A stretch of 64,000 nucleotides of DNA from Nitrospirota bacterium. Its GTDB lineage: Bacteria; Nitrospirota; Thermodesulfovibrionia; Thermodesulfovibrionales; UBA9159. Position numbers and translations under genes: made by a program. Below the pieces are notes generated by a model. The model saw only the letters and a program-made list of their open reading frames with translations, ran no database searches and had not been told where the DNA came from. This document shows, one piece after another, positions 11,299 to 20,971 of the stretch. The stretch lies in contig CAVOUE010000009.1 in assembly GCA_963699545.1 (NCBI GenBank), forward strand, positions 159,692 to 223,691, given 5' to 3'. Position 1 is the first letter of the stretch, and the number at the start of each line of letters is the position of its first letter.

Positions 11299-11766
11299 TC
11301 ACTCCTCTCCCCTATCCAAAACCTTCAGCACCTCCGGGAGAATAACATCAAGAAACTCCGATGGGCTTAGGATTCTGAAAGAGTGTTTCCCTTTCAGTCT
11401 GATAAAGTCTTTTTTGTCCCCTGTTACAAGGAAGTCGACACCGCCGCTGATGGCTGATGCGAGAACAGGGATGTCCTTGTCGGAGGTGAGTCCAAACATT
11501 TTTCTGATCATCTCTGATGATGGGAGTGGTATGACTTCAAGGTTCAACAGGGGAAGATATTCCCTGTATACCGGAAGAACATCGGGCATTTTCCTCGTCA
11601 GGTTCCGCTCGATTTCAATGATATTGTATGCTCCTGTTGCACAGGTAAGCATCGGGAGTCCAAGGCAAACAAGGTCAAGGATAATCCGGGGCGCACCTTT
11701 ATCAGAGAAAAGACCTGATATGATGACGTTCGAATCAAGGAAGACCTTAACGCCTTTTTTTGCCAT
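11299..11766 (-). CDS. PIN-domain (VapC-like) toxin
   Basis: KVFLDSNVIISGL, DKDIPVLASA, DFLVTGDKKDF, ILSPSEFL. Confidence 0.9.
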   Translation of the reverse strand: MAKKGVKVFLDSNVIISGLFSDKGAPRIILDLVCLGLPMLTCATGAYNIIEIERNLTRKMPDVLPVYREYLPLLNLEVIPLPSSEMIRKMFGLTSDKDIPVLASAISGGVDFLVTGDKKDFIRLKGKHSFRILSPSEFLDVILPEVLKVLDRGEE

Positions 11767-12034
11767 ACGTTTCCCTGTAAAGCAACTCTCTTTCCTCTTC
11801 AAGCCCCTTGAGCAGCTCTTTTTCTGAAAGCCCCGACGCCTTCATGATCCTTCTGATCTGCCTCCGCGCCTCATCGAGTTCGAGTCTTTTCGGCGTGATG
11901 ATGACAGAGTCACCCAGGGGAATGATCGAAACCATTTGTCCTTCTTCAAGATGGCTTGATTCCCTTATCTTTTTCGGGATCGTCAACTGACCACGGGACT
12001 TTATCTCTGCTATGACTGTTTTCACGGCATCCAT
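11747..12034 (-). CDS. AbrB/MazE/SpoVT-family antitoxin
   Basis: IKSRGQLTIPKKIRE...IITP, an AGGAGG RBS, and overlap with the PIN gene. Confidence 0.88.
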   Translation of the reverse strand: MDAVKTVIAEIKSRGQLTIPKKIRESSHLEEGQMVSIIPLGDSVIITPKRLELDEARRQIRRIMKASGLSEKELLKGLEEERELLYRETYGKKRR

Positions 12035-12097
12035 TCCAGACCTCCTTCTTCTGTTTTCTGAAATTAGAATATCAGAATTCAGAAAAATCCGCAATAC

Positions 12098-12125
12098 GTA
12101 GGGGCAATTCATGAATTGCCCCTAC
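12098..12125. repeat. GTAG-type REP-like perfect palindrome (right island boundary)
   Basis: GTAGGGGCAATTCATGAATTGCCCCTAC; it contains the lexA TAG stop. Confidence 0.75.
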
Positions 12126-12715
12126 CGGTATTTCCTCACCACTGCTGTCACCACCCCCGCAATCTTCAATTCCTTCTTTGGCCTGATGGGCTGATAGCGG
12201 GGGTTTGCGGGTATAAGGGTGACGCTCTCTCCCCTCTTTCTCAGATATTTCATGGTCCACTCACCATCAACTTCCGCAATGACAATATCCCCGCTCTTCG
12301 GGACCCGCCCTTTGTCAACCAGGACCATGTCTCCGGGGAGTATGCCGGCCCCCGACATGGAATCCCCGGACACCTTGAGGAGAAAGGTGCCCTCGGGGTT
12401 TTGTATGAGGAGATCATCAAGGGACAGGGTGTCTGCCAGCGCCTCCTCGGCAGCGCTGGGGAAACCCGCCTCCACGGTGCCGAGGACCCTTATCGGAGAG
12501 GCTATTGACCCCGGGATAAGCCTGCCCTTCTCATCTCTTCCCAGCACCCTGAACTGTTCAAGTTTATTCACCAGTTTGAAGACCGCGTTCTTCGACCGCA
12601 GGCCCGCCATCTCCCCGATCTCCGAAAAGCTCGGCATCCTGCCCTTTTCAGAATAAAACCGGGATATACCCTTTATCCTTGACCGCAGCCTCTCTTCCTT
12701 CTGGTCTCTCTCCAT
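12122..12715 (-). CDS. lexA: LexA/UmuD-like repressor-peptidase (wHTH plus S24)
   Basis: MPSFSEIGEMAGLRSKNAV HTH, VEAGFPS Ala-Gly cleavage site, GDSM Ser and TMKYL Lys. Confidence 0.85.
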   Translation of the reverse strand: MERDQKEERLRSRIKGISRFYSEKGRMPSFSEIGEMAGLRSKNAVFKLVNKLEQFRVLGRDEKGRLIPGSIASPIRVLGTVEAGFPSAAEEALADTLSLDDLLIQNPEGTFLLKVSGDSMSGAGILPGDMVLVDKGRVPKSGDIVIAEVDGEWTMKYLRKRGESVTLIPANPRYQPIRPKKELKIAGVVTAVVRKYR

Positions 12716-12721
12716 GGTTCC

Positions 12722-12751
12722 ATTATATGGTGAACGAACGTTTACTGTCAA
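12722..12751 (-). promoter_or_regulatory. Sigma70 promoter of lexA with an operator-like palindrome in the spacer
   Basis: TTGACA-18 nt-TATAAT-6 nt-ATG. The spacer contains GTAAAC-N4-GTTCAC (12730-12745). Confidence 0.8.
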
Positions 12752-12916
12752 GACCATGCAGACGGTGAAGTATACAGAGGAGCATACCGGTCTTAGGTGG
12801 GGGACAACTCTTCTTGTACAAACGGCTAATGGCTTGCTGAGAGGCGGATGCGTTCCTTATGTCTCAAAACTTATAGTAAGGCGGCGTGGAAGGGGCCATT
12901 CTGGTTACCCGGTCCA

Positions 12917-14449
12917 CTACTGCTGCTGGAGGTCATACTTCTTTATCTTGTACCCGATCTGCCTCGAGGTGATCCCCAAAAGGCGTGCCGCCTTTGCCTG
13001 CACCCATCCGGTCCTCTTCAGGGCCTCAAGGATATTGGTCCTTTCGATGTCTTCAATGGCGGAGGGCAGTGCATCCTTTCCGTGGACCGCATACCTGGTC
13101 TTCATGGACCTGTCCCTTATGCCCAGCGGCAGGTCCTCGGCAGTGACGACCTTCCCCCGTGACATGACCACAAGCCTCTCTATGGTATTCTCAAGTTCGC
13201 GCACGTTCCCGGGCCAGTCATAGTCCAGGAAGAGGCTCAGGACATCGGCAGAGAGCCTTACCGACTTCTGGTTCTCTTTATTGTATTTTCCAAGAAAATG
13301 GTCCGCAAGCACCGCGATATCCTCTCTCCTTTCACGCAGGGGGGGAAGGAATATCGGGACCACATTCAGGCGGTAATAGAGGTCTTCCCTGAAGTTTCCC
13401 TCTGAAACGAGACCTTCCAGGTCTCTGCTCGTTGCCGCAACAAGTCTGACATCAACCTTTATCGTGCGTTCTCCCCCTACCCGCTCAAACTCCTTTTCCT
13501 GCAGGACCCGAAGGATCTTGGGCTGGAGGGTTATGGGCAGATCTCCGATCTCGTCAAGGAATATGGTCCCGCCGCTGGCCAGTTCGAATCGTCCTTTCCT
13601 CGTTGCCATGGCGCCGGTAAAGGCGCCCTTTTCATGGCCGAAGAGTTCGGATTCCAGGAGTCCCTCGGGGATAGATGCACAGTTGAATTTTATAAAGGGA
13701 TCCTTTTGCCCTCTGGCTCATGTAATGGATCGCCTTTGCCACGAGTTCCTTGCCGGTTCCGCTCTCCCCTCTCAGGAGGACATTCGCCCGGGAAGGGGCC
13801 ACCCTGTGGATCGCTTCAAAGACCTCCTGCATTTTGTCTGACTGGCCTATGATGTTTTCGACGCTGTACTTGTTCTTCAGCTGACGGGTGAGGATCCTCC
13901 TTTTCCTCGAGAAATGCCTCCCGTCTCCTTCTCCACCTCCCGGTGGAGCTTTACCGACTGCGCGATCAGTGAAGCAATGATCTTCAGCAGTCTCAGGTCT
14001 TCCTCAAAGGATACCCCCTTGGCGCCGAAAAGCCTGTCCACGCTCAGCACGCCCAACACCTCGTCCTTGAACTTCACCGGCACACAGAGAAAGGCGATGT
14101 TCTCCTTCTTGATGGTTTTTCTTGCGCCGGTCTTATTGAGAAAAAGGGGCTCGTCCCCGATATTCGGTATGACGATGGGTGAGCCGTGCTTTGCAACCCT
14201 CCCGATGATGCCCTCCCCCAGCCTGTACCTGCCCCGTTTGATCTCTTCTTCTGACATGCCGTGGGCAGCGATGATCGAGACCTCATTGTTGCTCCGCAGC
14301 GCCACCGTCCCCCTTTTCATGTCGAGATATTCCGCAAGCACTTTCATCACCCCCCTCAGGTTCGCCTTGACGTTCAGGGATGAACCGAGGAGCTTGCTTA
14401 TCTCATAGAGAGCGGTGATTCCGAGCTTTTCGGTATAGTTCCTGGTCAT
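12917..14449 (-). CDS. NifA-like sigma54-dependent activator (GAF-AAA+-Fis HTH), frameshifted
   Basis: GAF region [68 protein letters not shown]. Confidence 0.88.
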
Positions 14450-14585
14450 GGTAAGAGTTTACTGGAGCCAGACAAAAATGTAAAGCTGTCGCCTTTTTTG
14501 TTTGTCGCTGGAATGGCAGGGATAAGAACACGCGGGGAGAAAAAGGCAGGTCTGCTCAGATTTTGGTCATTTCGGAATAGTGGAA

Positions 14586-15002
14586 CTAATCATAGGCGGC
14601 AACAGGTGACCGAAGTTTTTTCTTTTCAGAAGTGATCTTCTTTTCCGCCAGCATTTTTTCCTTTGCCCTCTTCGAGCGTTTCCTCTTCTGCCGCCTTATC
14701 TTCTCTCTCCTCAGTCTCTCTTCGCTCTCCCTGCCCTCTCTCATCTCCCCGATCTTTTTCACCAGGATAACCCTTGCACGGTAGCGGTTCAATGCCTGTG
14801 AGCGCTCCTCCTGGCACTTCACCTCGGTGCCCGTGGGGATATGCTTCAGATAGACACATGTCGAAGTCTTGTTCACCTTCTGCCCGCCTTTTCCCCCGGA
14901 GCGGACAAAGGATTCCTGGATATCCTCTTCGCGGATGTTCAAGGCCTCCATCTTCGTCTTCAATCCTTTTTCCTTTGGCGGACTGACAGAAAATATCCCC
15001 AT
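14586..15002 (-). CDS. Peptidyl-tRNA hydrolase / RF-1 domain ribosome rescue factor (ArfB-like)
   Basis: FVRSGGKGGQKVNKTS, CQEERSQALNR and a basic C-terminal tail. Confidence 0.88.
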   Translation of the reverse strand: MGIFSVSPPKEKGLKTKMEALNIREEDIQESFVRSGGKGGQKVNKTSTCVYLKHIPTGTEVKCQEERSQALNRYRARVILVKKIGEMREGRESEERLRREKIRRQKRKRSKRAKEKMLAEKKITSEKKKLRSPVAAYD

Positions 15003-15194
15003 GGGGTACATTGTACCACGCCCCGTCCTGACCGAAAAGGTGAATCTGAGATCAGGCGATTGTTCCTTACAAGCATCATGTTTTATTGCCATACATGCCA
15101 GGGTATGGTATGTTTAAAATATATCCTGTAAACCTGTTTTTTTTTGGTGCTTACACTATCTTCCCCTGATGATGCGGGGCAAAAGGAGGGTTGT

Positions 15195-15524
15195 ATGTTA
15201 GAAGAGATTGTCACCATTACCGGAGATACGTGGAGAAGGGAGGTTTCAGATTCACCGGGAATAATCGTGGTATATTTCTGGGCATCATGGTGCGGGCACT
15301 GCAAGATGTATGCTCCCGTCTTTGAAGAGCTCGCTCAGCAGTATGCAGGAAAGATACGTTTTGCAAAATTGAACTGCGATGAAAATGCCGATGTAGCGAA
15401 TAAATGCCAGGTACGGGGCACTCCTACCATGCTTATCTACAAGAATGGCGAGCAAGTCGACAGCATCGTGGGCGGAATCCCGAAAGAACAGGTTCAGGAA
15501 AAACTGGACAAGCTCCTCAAATAA
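15195..15524 (+). CDS. trxA: Thioredoxin
   Basis: FWASWCGHCK, cis-Pro motif GTPT, and an AGGAGG RBS. Confidence 0.9.
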   Translation: MLEEIVTITGDTWRREVSDSPGIIVVYFWASWCGHCKMYAPVFEELAQQYAGKIRFAKLNCDENADVANKCQVRGTPTMLIYKNGEQVDSIVGGIPKEQVQEKLDKLLK

Positions 15525-15533
15525 TATACGCCC

Positions 15534-15914
15534 ATGGCCTTCAGGGTGAGCAGGGAGGAATTTGAAACCCTTGCGGACAAGGCGCTGGAAGGCCTGCCTG
15601 AACGATACAGGAAGTATTTTGCGAATATTGCGATCGCGATAGAAGATTATCCCGGTGAAGAAGACGGAGGAAGGTTGGCCCCGAAGAAAGAACTCCTCCT
15701 CGGCCTTTTCTCCGGCGTGCCCTACCACCGGAAAGGAGGGTTCTTTGAGGTCCCCTATCCTTTGCCCGACAGGATCATCCTCTTCCAGAAGAATATCGAG
15801 ACCATCTGTTCCACGGAAGAGGAGCTCATCGGACAGATCCAGGCCACCCTCGTCCATGAAGTCGGCCACTACTTCGGCCTTTCAGAGGAGGATTTGCGGA
15901 AATATGAAAGATAA
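15534..15914 (+). CDS. Minimal zincin-like metallopeptidase (DUF1025)
   Basis: LLGLFSG, PDRIILFQKNIE, TLVHEVGHYFG. Confidence 0.88.
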   Translation: MAFRVSREEFETLADKALEGLPERYRKYFANIAIAIEDYPGEEDGGRLAPKKELLLGLFSGVPYHRKGGFFEVPYPLPDRIILFQKNIETICSTEEELIGQIQATLVHEVGHYFGLSEEDLRKYER

Positions 15915-16052
15915 TTGACAGGCATATGAACTGCCCATGCCGGATTGCAGGTTGACATGGCAGGCGAACTTTACCGCGAACGTGCTTCTCTCGTATTGCA
16001 TTCCTTTTTTCTTCTTTGAGGATTTCTTCCAGATAAGGTACAATCTCATGGT

Positions 16053-16838
16053 ATGAAACGGTTCTCAACGGTCCATCCCCTTTACCTGTCGTTCTACTCA
16101 AAGGCCCTCTACCAGGATGTGGGGAGGAACTGGGGGAAAACCGCTTTCCTGTACCTCTTCCTTCTGCTTGCGGTCTGTTCGATCCCCATAATGTTCAGGG
16201 TCCATTCCGCTGTTCTCCGATTATCTCCACGGCGAAGCCCCGAAGATCGTGAAACAGATCCGCTCATCACTATTTCCAAGGGCGTGGCGTCGGTGAATGA
16301 AGCAATGCCTTACATCATAAAAGATCCTGAAGGCGGCGCGCCCCTCATCATCATCGACACTACGGGCAAGACCGACTCCCTGAAGGGAAGTGAAGCCGTA
16401 ATCCTGCTCACGAAGACAAAACTCTTCTTCAGAAGAAGCGCCGGGGACACAAGAACCCTTGATCTTTCCAAGATCGACGCCCTCATTATTGATCAGGCAG
16501 CGCTGTATGACTGGATCGAGACGTTCCTGGAGTATTTTATCTTTGTGTTCTATCCCTTTGCCCTCCTTTTCTCTTTCCTGTTCCGGATGGTGGAGGCGTT
16601 CATATTCGGCGTCATAGGAATGCTCTTTTCGAAAAACATGCGGGTTCCGCTCCGGTATCAAGCCGCCCTCAGCCTTGCGGCCGTTTCGATGACGCCTGCC
16701 ATAATCCTTGACACTCTTTACAATTACGCGGAAATCAACATCCCCTCCTGGTGGCTCATCAATTCTGTGGTTGCCCTGGGGTATCTCTTCTTCGCAGTAA
16801 GGGCAACTGCTGACGGGGATCAGGAGTCAGGCGTATGA
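16053..16838 (+). CDS. DUF1189-like membrane protein
   Basis: SFYSKALYQDV..W.KTAFLYLFLLLA N-terminus, four hydrophobic helices, MTPAIIL. Confidence 0.65.
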   Translation: MKRFSTVHPLYLSFYSKALYQDVGRNWGKTAFLYLFLLLAVCSIPIMFRVHSAVLRLSPRRSPEDRETDPLITISKGVASVNEAMPYIIKDPEGGAPLIIIDTTGKTDSLKGSEAVILLTKTKLFFRRSAGDTRTLDLSKIDALIIDQAALYDWIETFLEYFIFVFYPFALLFSFLFRMVEAFIFGVIGMLFSKNMRVPLRYQAALSLAAVSMTPAIILDTLYNYAEINIPSWWLINSVVALGYLFFAVRATADGDQESGV

Positions 16839-16910
16839 ATCGGACATGGCGATGCTCTGGCTGGACTTCTGACCGAAATACAGAGATAATGAAATTCAGG
16901 AATAAAGGAG

Positions 16911-18206
16911 GTGGACCTTTTGCCGAACAGACATCATGAGAGGATACACATTGATGAGAAGAATCTCTGTAAGCTCTGCATGAGCGAACTGGGGGAGATC
17001 TACACTGACCTCGGCCTCTCTGCTGACGAACTGGAGCTCCTGGCGATGCCAAGACGCTCCTTTACCGTCCACTTCCCCGTGAGGATGGATTCAGGGAAGA
17101 CAAAGATGTTCCTTGGCCACAGGATACAGTACAATCATGCCAGGGGACCCGCAAAGGGCGGCATCAGGTTCCACCCGGAGCTCACCATTGATCATGTGAG
17201 GGACCTCGCCTTCCTGATGGTGCTGAAGTGCTCTGTGGTGAACATCCCCTTTGGCGGTTCCAAGGGAGGCGTCAAGGTCAACCCCAAGGAGCTCAGCCGG
17301 AATGAGCTGGAACAGGTAACACGGGGATATGTAAGGGCCATTGCAGACTACATCGGTCCCTTTAAGGACATCCCCGCTCCCGATGTATATACGGACGAGA
17401 AGATCATGGTCTGGATACTGGATGAATATGAACGGATCAGGGGGGAACATGTCCCCGCCGTGGTGACCGGCAAGCCGGTGGAGCTCCAGGGAATAATGGC
17501 ACGCAGGTATTCCACCTCTCTGGGGGGCATCTTCGTCCTCGAAGAGGCCATGAGAAAAATAGGGATGGATCCGCTGGAAACAAGTGTGGCTGTGCAGGGG
17601 TTCGGGCATGTGGGTGAGAACGCCGCCCGCATCCTCCATGAGAAGGGGTTCAAGGTGATAGCGGTCAGCGACTCAGGAGGAGGCATCATCAACGAGAAAG
17701 GGCTTGATATCCCCCGGGTGAGCGCACAGAAGGAAAGCACCGGGAGTGTGCTCGGTTTCGAAGGGGCACGGAAGATCACGAACGAAGAACTTCTCACCAG
17801 CCGATGTGACATCCTGATCCCCGCCGCGCTCTCTGACCAGCTGAACGGGGACAATGCGAGTGAGGTAAAGGCAACAATCGTCCTCGAACTTGCCAATGCA
17901 CCCACAACCACGGAGGCCGACGAGATATTCTTTGGAAGAAAGATCATGCTGATCCCTGACGTCCTTGCCAACGCGGGAGGTGTTGTGGTGAGCTATTTCG
18001 AATGGAGCCAGAACCTCAATAACGAATACTGGCCGGAAGAAAAGGTTTTGAGAAAGCTGAAGGACATCATGATAACCGCCTTCAATGACGTCCACGCGCT
18101 GTGCCGCCAGGAAGGCTGCAGGATGAGAAGGGCTGCCTATCAGCTTGGGGTGAAGAGGATACTGCACGCAGAGAGGCTGCGGGGGAACCTCTCGCCATCA
18201 GCATGA
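16911..18206 (+). CDS. gdhA: Glu/Leu/Phe/Val dehydrogenase (glutamate dehydrogenase)
   Basis: RGPAKGGIRFHP, GGSKGG, DIPAPDV, VTGKP, QGFGHVG, ANAGGVVVSYFEW. Confidence 0.92.
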   Translation: MDLLPNRHHERIHIDEKNLCKLCMSELGEIYTDLGLSADELELLAMPRRSFTVHFPVRMDSGKTKMFLGHRIQYNHARGPAKGGIRFHPELTIDHVRDLAFLMVLKCSVVNIPFGGSKGGVKVNPKELSRNELEQVTRGYVRAIADYIGPFKDIPAPDVYTDEKIMVWILDEYERIRGEHVPAVVTGKPVELQGIMARRYSTSLGGIFVLEEAMRKIGMDPLETSVAVQGFGHVGENAARILHEKGFKVIAVSDSGGGIINEKGLDIPRVSAQKESTGSVLGFEGARKITNEELLTSRCDILIPAALSDQLNGDNASEVKATIVLELANAPTTTEADEIFFGRKIMLIPDVLANAGGVVVSYFEWSQNLNNEYWPEEKVLRKLKDIMITAFNDVHALCRQEGCRMRRAAYQLGVKRILHAERLRGNLSPSA

Positions 18207-18215
18207 GATACTCCA

Positions 18216-20873
18216 TTGGCCGGACAGCGGTTTAAATACAGACGGGAGGATTTCGGCAAGCTCCCGGTCATTCTCCACCATCTTACGATTTATCTGAACT
18301 TTCTCAGGGACTCTGTCGAGGCGACAAATTGTCTCGACATGACGGCGAAGCAGGATATTGACGAGATCCATCTGGATGCCAACAGCCTCGATATTATAAG
18401 AGTTGAAGTGTGCACAAGTCCTGCGGCTCAGGGCATCCTCCTGGATTATGAATACGTGAGGGAGAAGAACAGGCTCGCGGTGAAGTTGCCGATGACCGTT
18501 AAGGCAGGGGAAAGGTTCCTTGTGAGGACCTTTACCCGCTGTTCTCCCTCTGACCATATCCTGGAGGGAGTATACAGAGACGCGACACCTCCCGGAGCTC
18601 CGCAGCAGTATATGTCCCAATGTCAGCAGTGGGGATTCCAGCGGATCATGCCGATCTTCGACGACTGCCGGGCCAAGTGTACCATGACCACCACAATCGA
18701 GGCGGACAGGGCATATACCCATCTTGTCAGCAACGGCACTATCAGCCGCAGGCTCAACCCCGGGGGAAGGCCCGTGCCGAAGCCGGGCGAGCCTCACCGG
18801 CAGATCATCACCTATGAAAACTCGGTGCCCATGGCTCCCTACCTTTTCCTGGTCTGCGCGGGCACATGGGATACGCTGGTGGACGAAGTGACCTATGGAT
18901 CAGGCCGCACGGTACGCCTTGAATATCTTGTTCCTCCCGGGGCCGTGGATGATGTTCGCATCCCCATGGAGATACTAAAGGAGTCCATCCTGTGGATAAG
19001 GGAAAGGCAGGATTATGAATACACGGGCGACACTTACCGCACCATCTGCATGAACAAGTCTAATTTCGGTGGGATGGAGAATGCGGGCAATACCACCATC
19101 GTCACGGATGCAGCCCTCATAACGGAGCACACTCTTGATTCATCCCTGCTCTACACCCACGGAGTGATCGTCCATGAGTTCGAGCACAACCAGTGCGGGA
19201 GCGAGACCACCATGGAGACGCCGTTTGACGTATGGCTGAACGAGGCATATACCGTTGATGTGGAGAGGCAGTTCATGGCGGACGTCTTTGATCCTTCTTT
19301 CATCAGGCTCCATCAGGTGGAGGGCATACGCAATCCGCTCCTCGGTCCCCTGACCATAGAAGACGCCGGTCACGCCGGCAGGATCGTCAGGGAAGGGTTC
19401 AACGATCCGGATGAATTGATCGACGGCGTGACCTATATAAAAGCAGCAGAGGTGATCAGGATGATGAGGCTGATCATCGGGGAGAAGAAGTTCCTTGAGG
19501 GAAAGGCCCTTTATTTCTCCCGCTACCATAACGGCAACGCAAACACCGAACAGTTCTTCCAGTGCTTTGAAGAGGTATCCGGCGCCTCCCTTGAACAGTT
19601 CAGGAGAGAATGGCTTTACCGCGTCGGCTATCCGAAGGTCACCGCACATACCGAATATCGCCCTGCTGCGGGACAGTACCGCGTCGGCTTTCGTCAGGAG
19701 CTGGAGCAGGGGCAAACCCCCTTCCACCTGCCCATAGAACTTTCCCTGGTGGATCAGGAAGGGAAGGACATCCCAGGCACACCACGGATCTTTCAGCTTC
19801 GGGAGGCCAAGGGGGAGGTTGTTTTCGACACTATTTCAACACCCCCCGCCTTCGCCTCCATGAACCGCGGCTACTCCTTTTACGGGACCTTCCGCAACGC
19901 GGATGCCGGACCCCACCTTTTCGCATCCCAGGCGAGACTCGACCCCGATGCATATAACCGTGTGGATGCCATGCGCCAGTTCACCGACCTCGAACGAATA
20001 AAGCTTCTCCGGAATCCGGATGCCGGGGTAAGCGACGGCTGGCTCGCTCTTTTCGGAAACATCCTCGGCGACATCACCATCGCTCCTTCGTTGAAGGCCT
20101 ATTTCCTCAGGATCGATGAACAGCCCGTTGACCGCAGCTACGCCACGTGGTATCAGGAACTCGTTATTGCCAGGGAGAACCTCATGCTGGCTGCAAACGG
20201 GAGATACCGGGGTTTGCTCCTGGCACAATTTCAGAAACTGGATACGTATTCTCCATCAAAAAAGGGATCTCTCCGGGACGGCATGGAAGATCGCATGCTT
20301 AAGAACGCCTTGCTCGATCTGATCGCTATCGATGATTCGGAAGATAGTCATCGTCTGATCCTCGATCACTTCCGTTCTGCCACTACCGCGACAGACCGCG
20401 TGGCTGCGTTGCTTGCACTCAACCGGAGTTCATCCCCCTCGCGCCTCAGCGTTCTCGAAGGGGTGTATGAGAGATGGCATACCCATCTCAGCGGGTACGC
20501 AAACTACCTCAGAGTGGTCTCCGGCGGAACCAGGGATGACGTCTTCGACATGATAGAGAGGGAGAAGAAGCGCGCGGGGTTTGACATCGCCCTGCCCACG
20601 TGGTCCCGGGCCCTTTTCCTGCCCATGGCCACAAACAACAAAATGCTTTGGACGGACAGGGGAATACAGTGGATCACCGATACCATCATTGAACTTGCGC
20701 CGGTGAATGCGACCACCACCGGCCGTCTCCTGAACACCTTCCAGCATGTCAGGAAATTGAAGGCGCCGTTACAAGATAAAGTGAAGGTGGCGTTGGAGCG
20801 TATCGTGCAGAGCATCCCTGAACAGGACAACCCGGCAGTTCGCGGCCAAGCCAATGCCTACTTGCAAAGCTGA
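18216..20873 (+). CDS. pepN: M1-family aminopeptidase N
   Basis: SQCQQWGFQR, PYLF, GGMEN, HEFEH..18..E zinc motif and a DUF3458-like C-terminus. Confidence 0.88.
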   Translation: MAGQRFKYRREDFGKLPVILHHLTIYLNFLRDSVEATNCLDMTAKQDIDEIHLDANSLDIIRVEVCTSPAAQGILLDYEYVREKNRLAVKLPMTVKAGERFLVRTFTRCSPSDHILEGVYRDATPPGAPQQYMSQCQQWGFQRIMPIFDDCRAKCTMTTTIEADRAYTHLVSNGTISRRLNPGGRPVPKPGEPHRQIITYENSVPMAPYLFLVCAGTWDTLVDEVTYGSGRTVRLEYLVPPGAVDDVRIPMEILKESILWIRERQDYEYTGDTYRTICMNKSNFGGMENAGNTTIVTDAALITEHTLDSSLLYTHGVIVHEFEHNQCGSETTMETPFDVWLNEAYTVDVERQFMADVFDPSFIRLHQVEGIRNPLLGPLTIEDAGHAGRIVREGFNDPDELIDGVTYIKAAEVIRMMRLIIGEKKFLEGKALYFSRYHNGNANTEQFFQCFEEVSGASLEQFRREWLYRVGYPKVTAHTEYRPAAGQYRVGFRQELEQGQTPFHLPIELSLVDQEGKDIPGTPRIFQLREAKGEVVFDTISTPPAFASMNRGYSFYGTFRNADAGPHLFASQARLDPDAYNRVDAMRQFTDLERIKLLRNPDAGVSDGWLALFGNILGDITIAPSLKAYFLRIDEQPVDRSYATWYQELVIARENLMLAANGRYRGLLLAQFQKLDTYSPSKKGSLRDGMEDRMLKNALLDLIAIDDSEDSHRLILDHFRSATTATDRVAALLALNRSSSPSRLSVLEGVYERWHTHLSGYANYLRVVSGGTRDDVFDMIEREKKRAGFDIALPTWSRALFLPMATNNKMLWTDRGIQWITDTIIELAPVNATTTGRLLNTFQHVRKLKAPLQDKVKVALERIVQSIPEQDNPAVRGQANAYLQS

Positions 20874-20971
20874 AAGCATCAGCAATGCCTTCAGGCATAG
20901 TGCAGGAACCTTCTGATCTTCTCTGATACCGAGCTTTTTCCGAAGGGTCCTTCATTTCGCCGCTTTTCCGA

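Noticed and set aside
6069-12125. Integron cassette array or CRISPR interpretation of the palindromes
   Set aside because: Only two copies, no attC-like sites between the cargo genes, no integrase or cas genes and no regular spacing.
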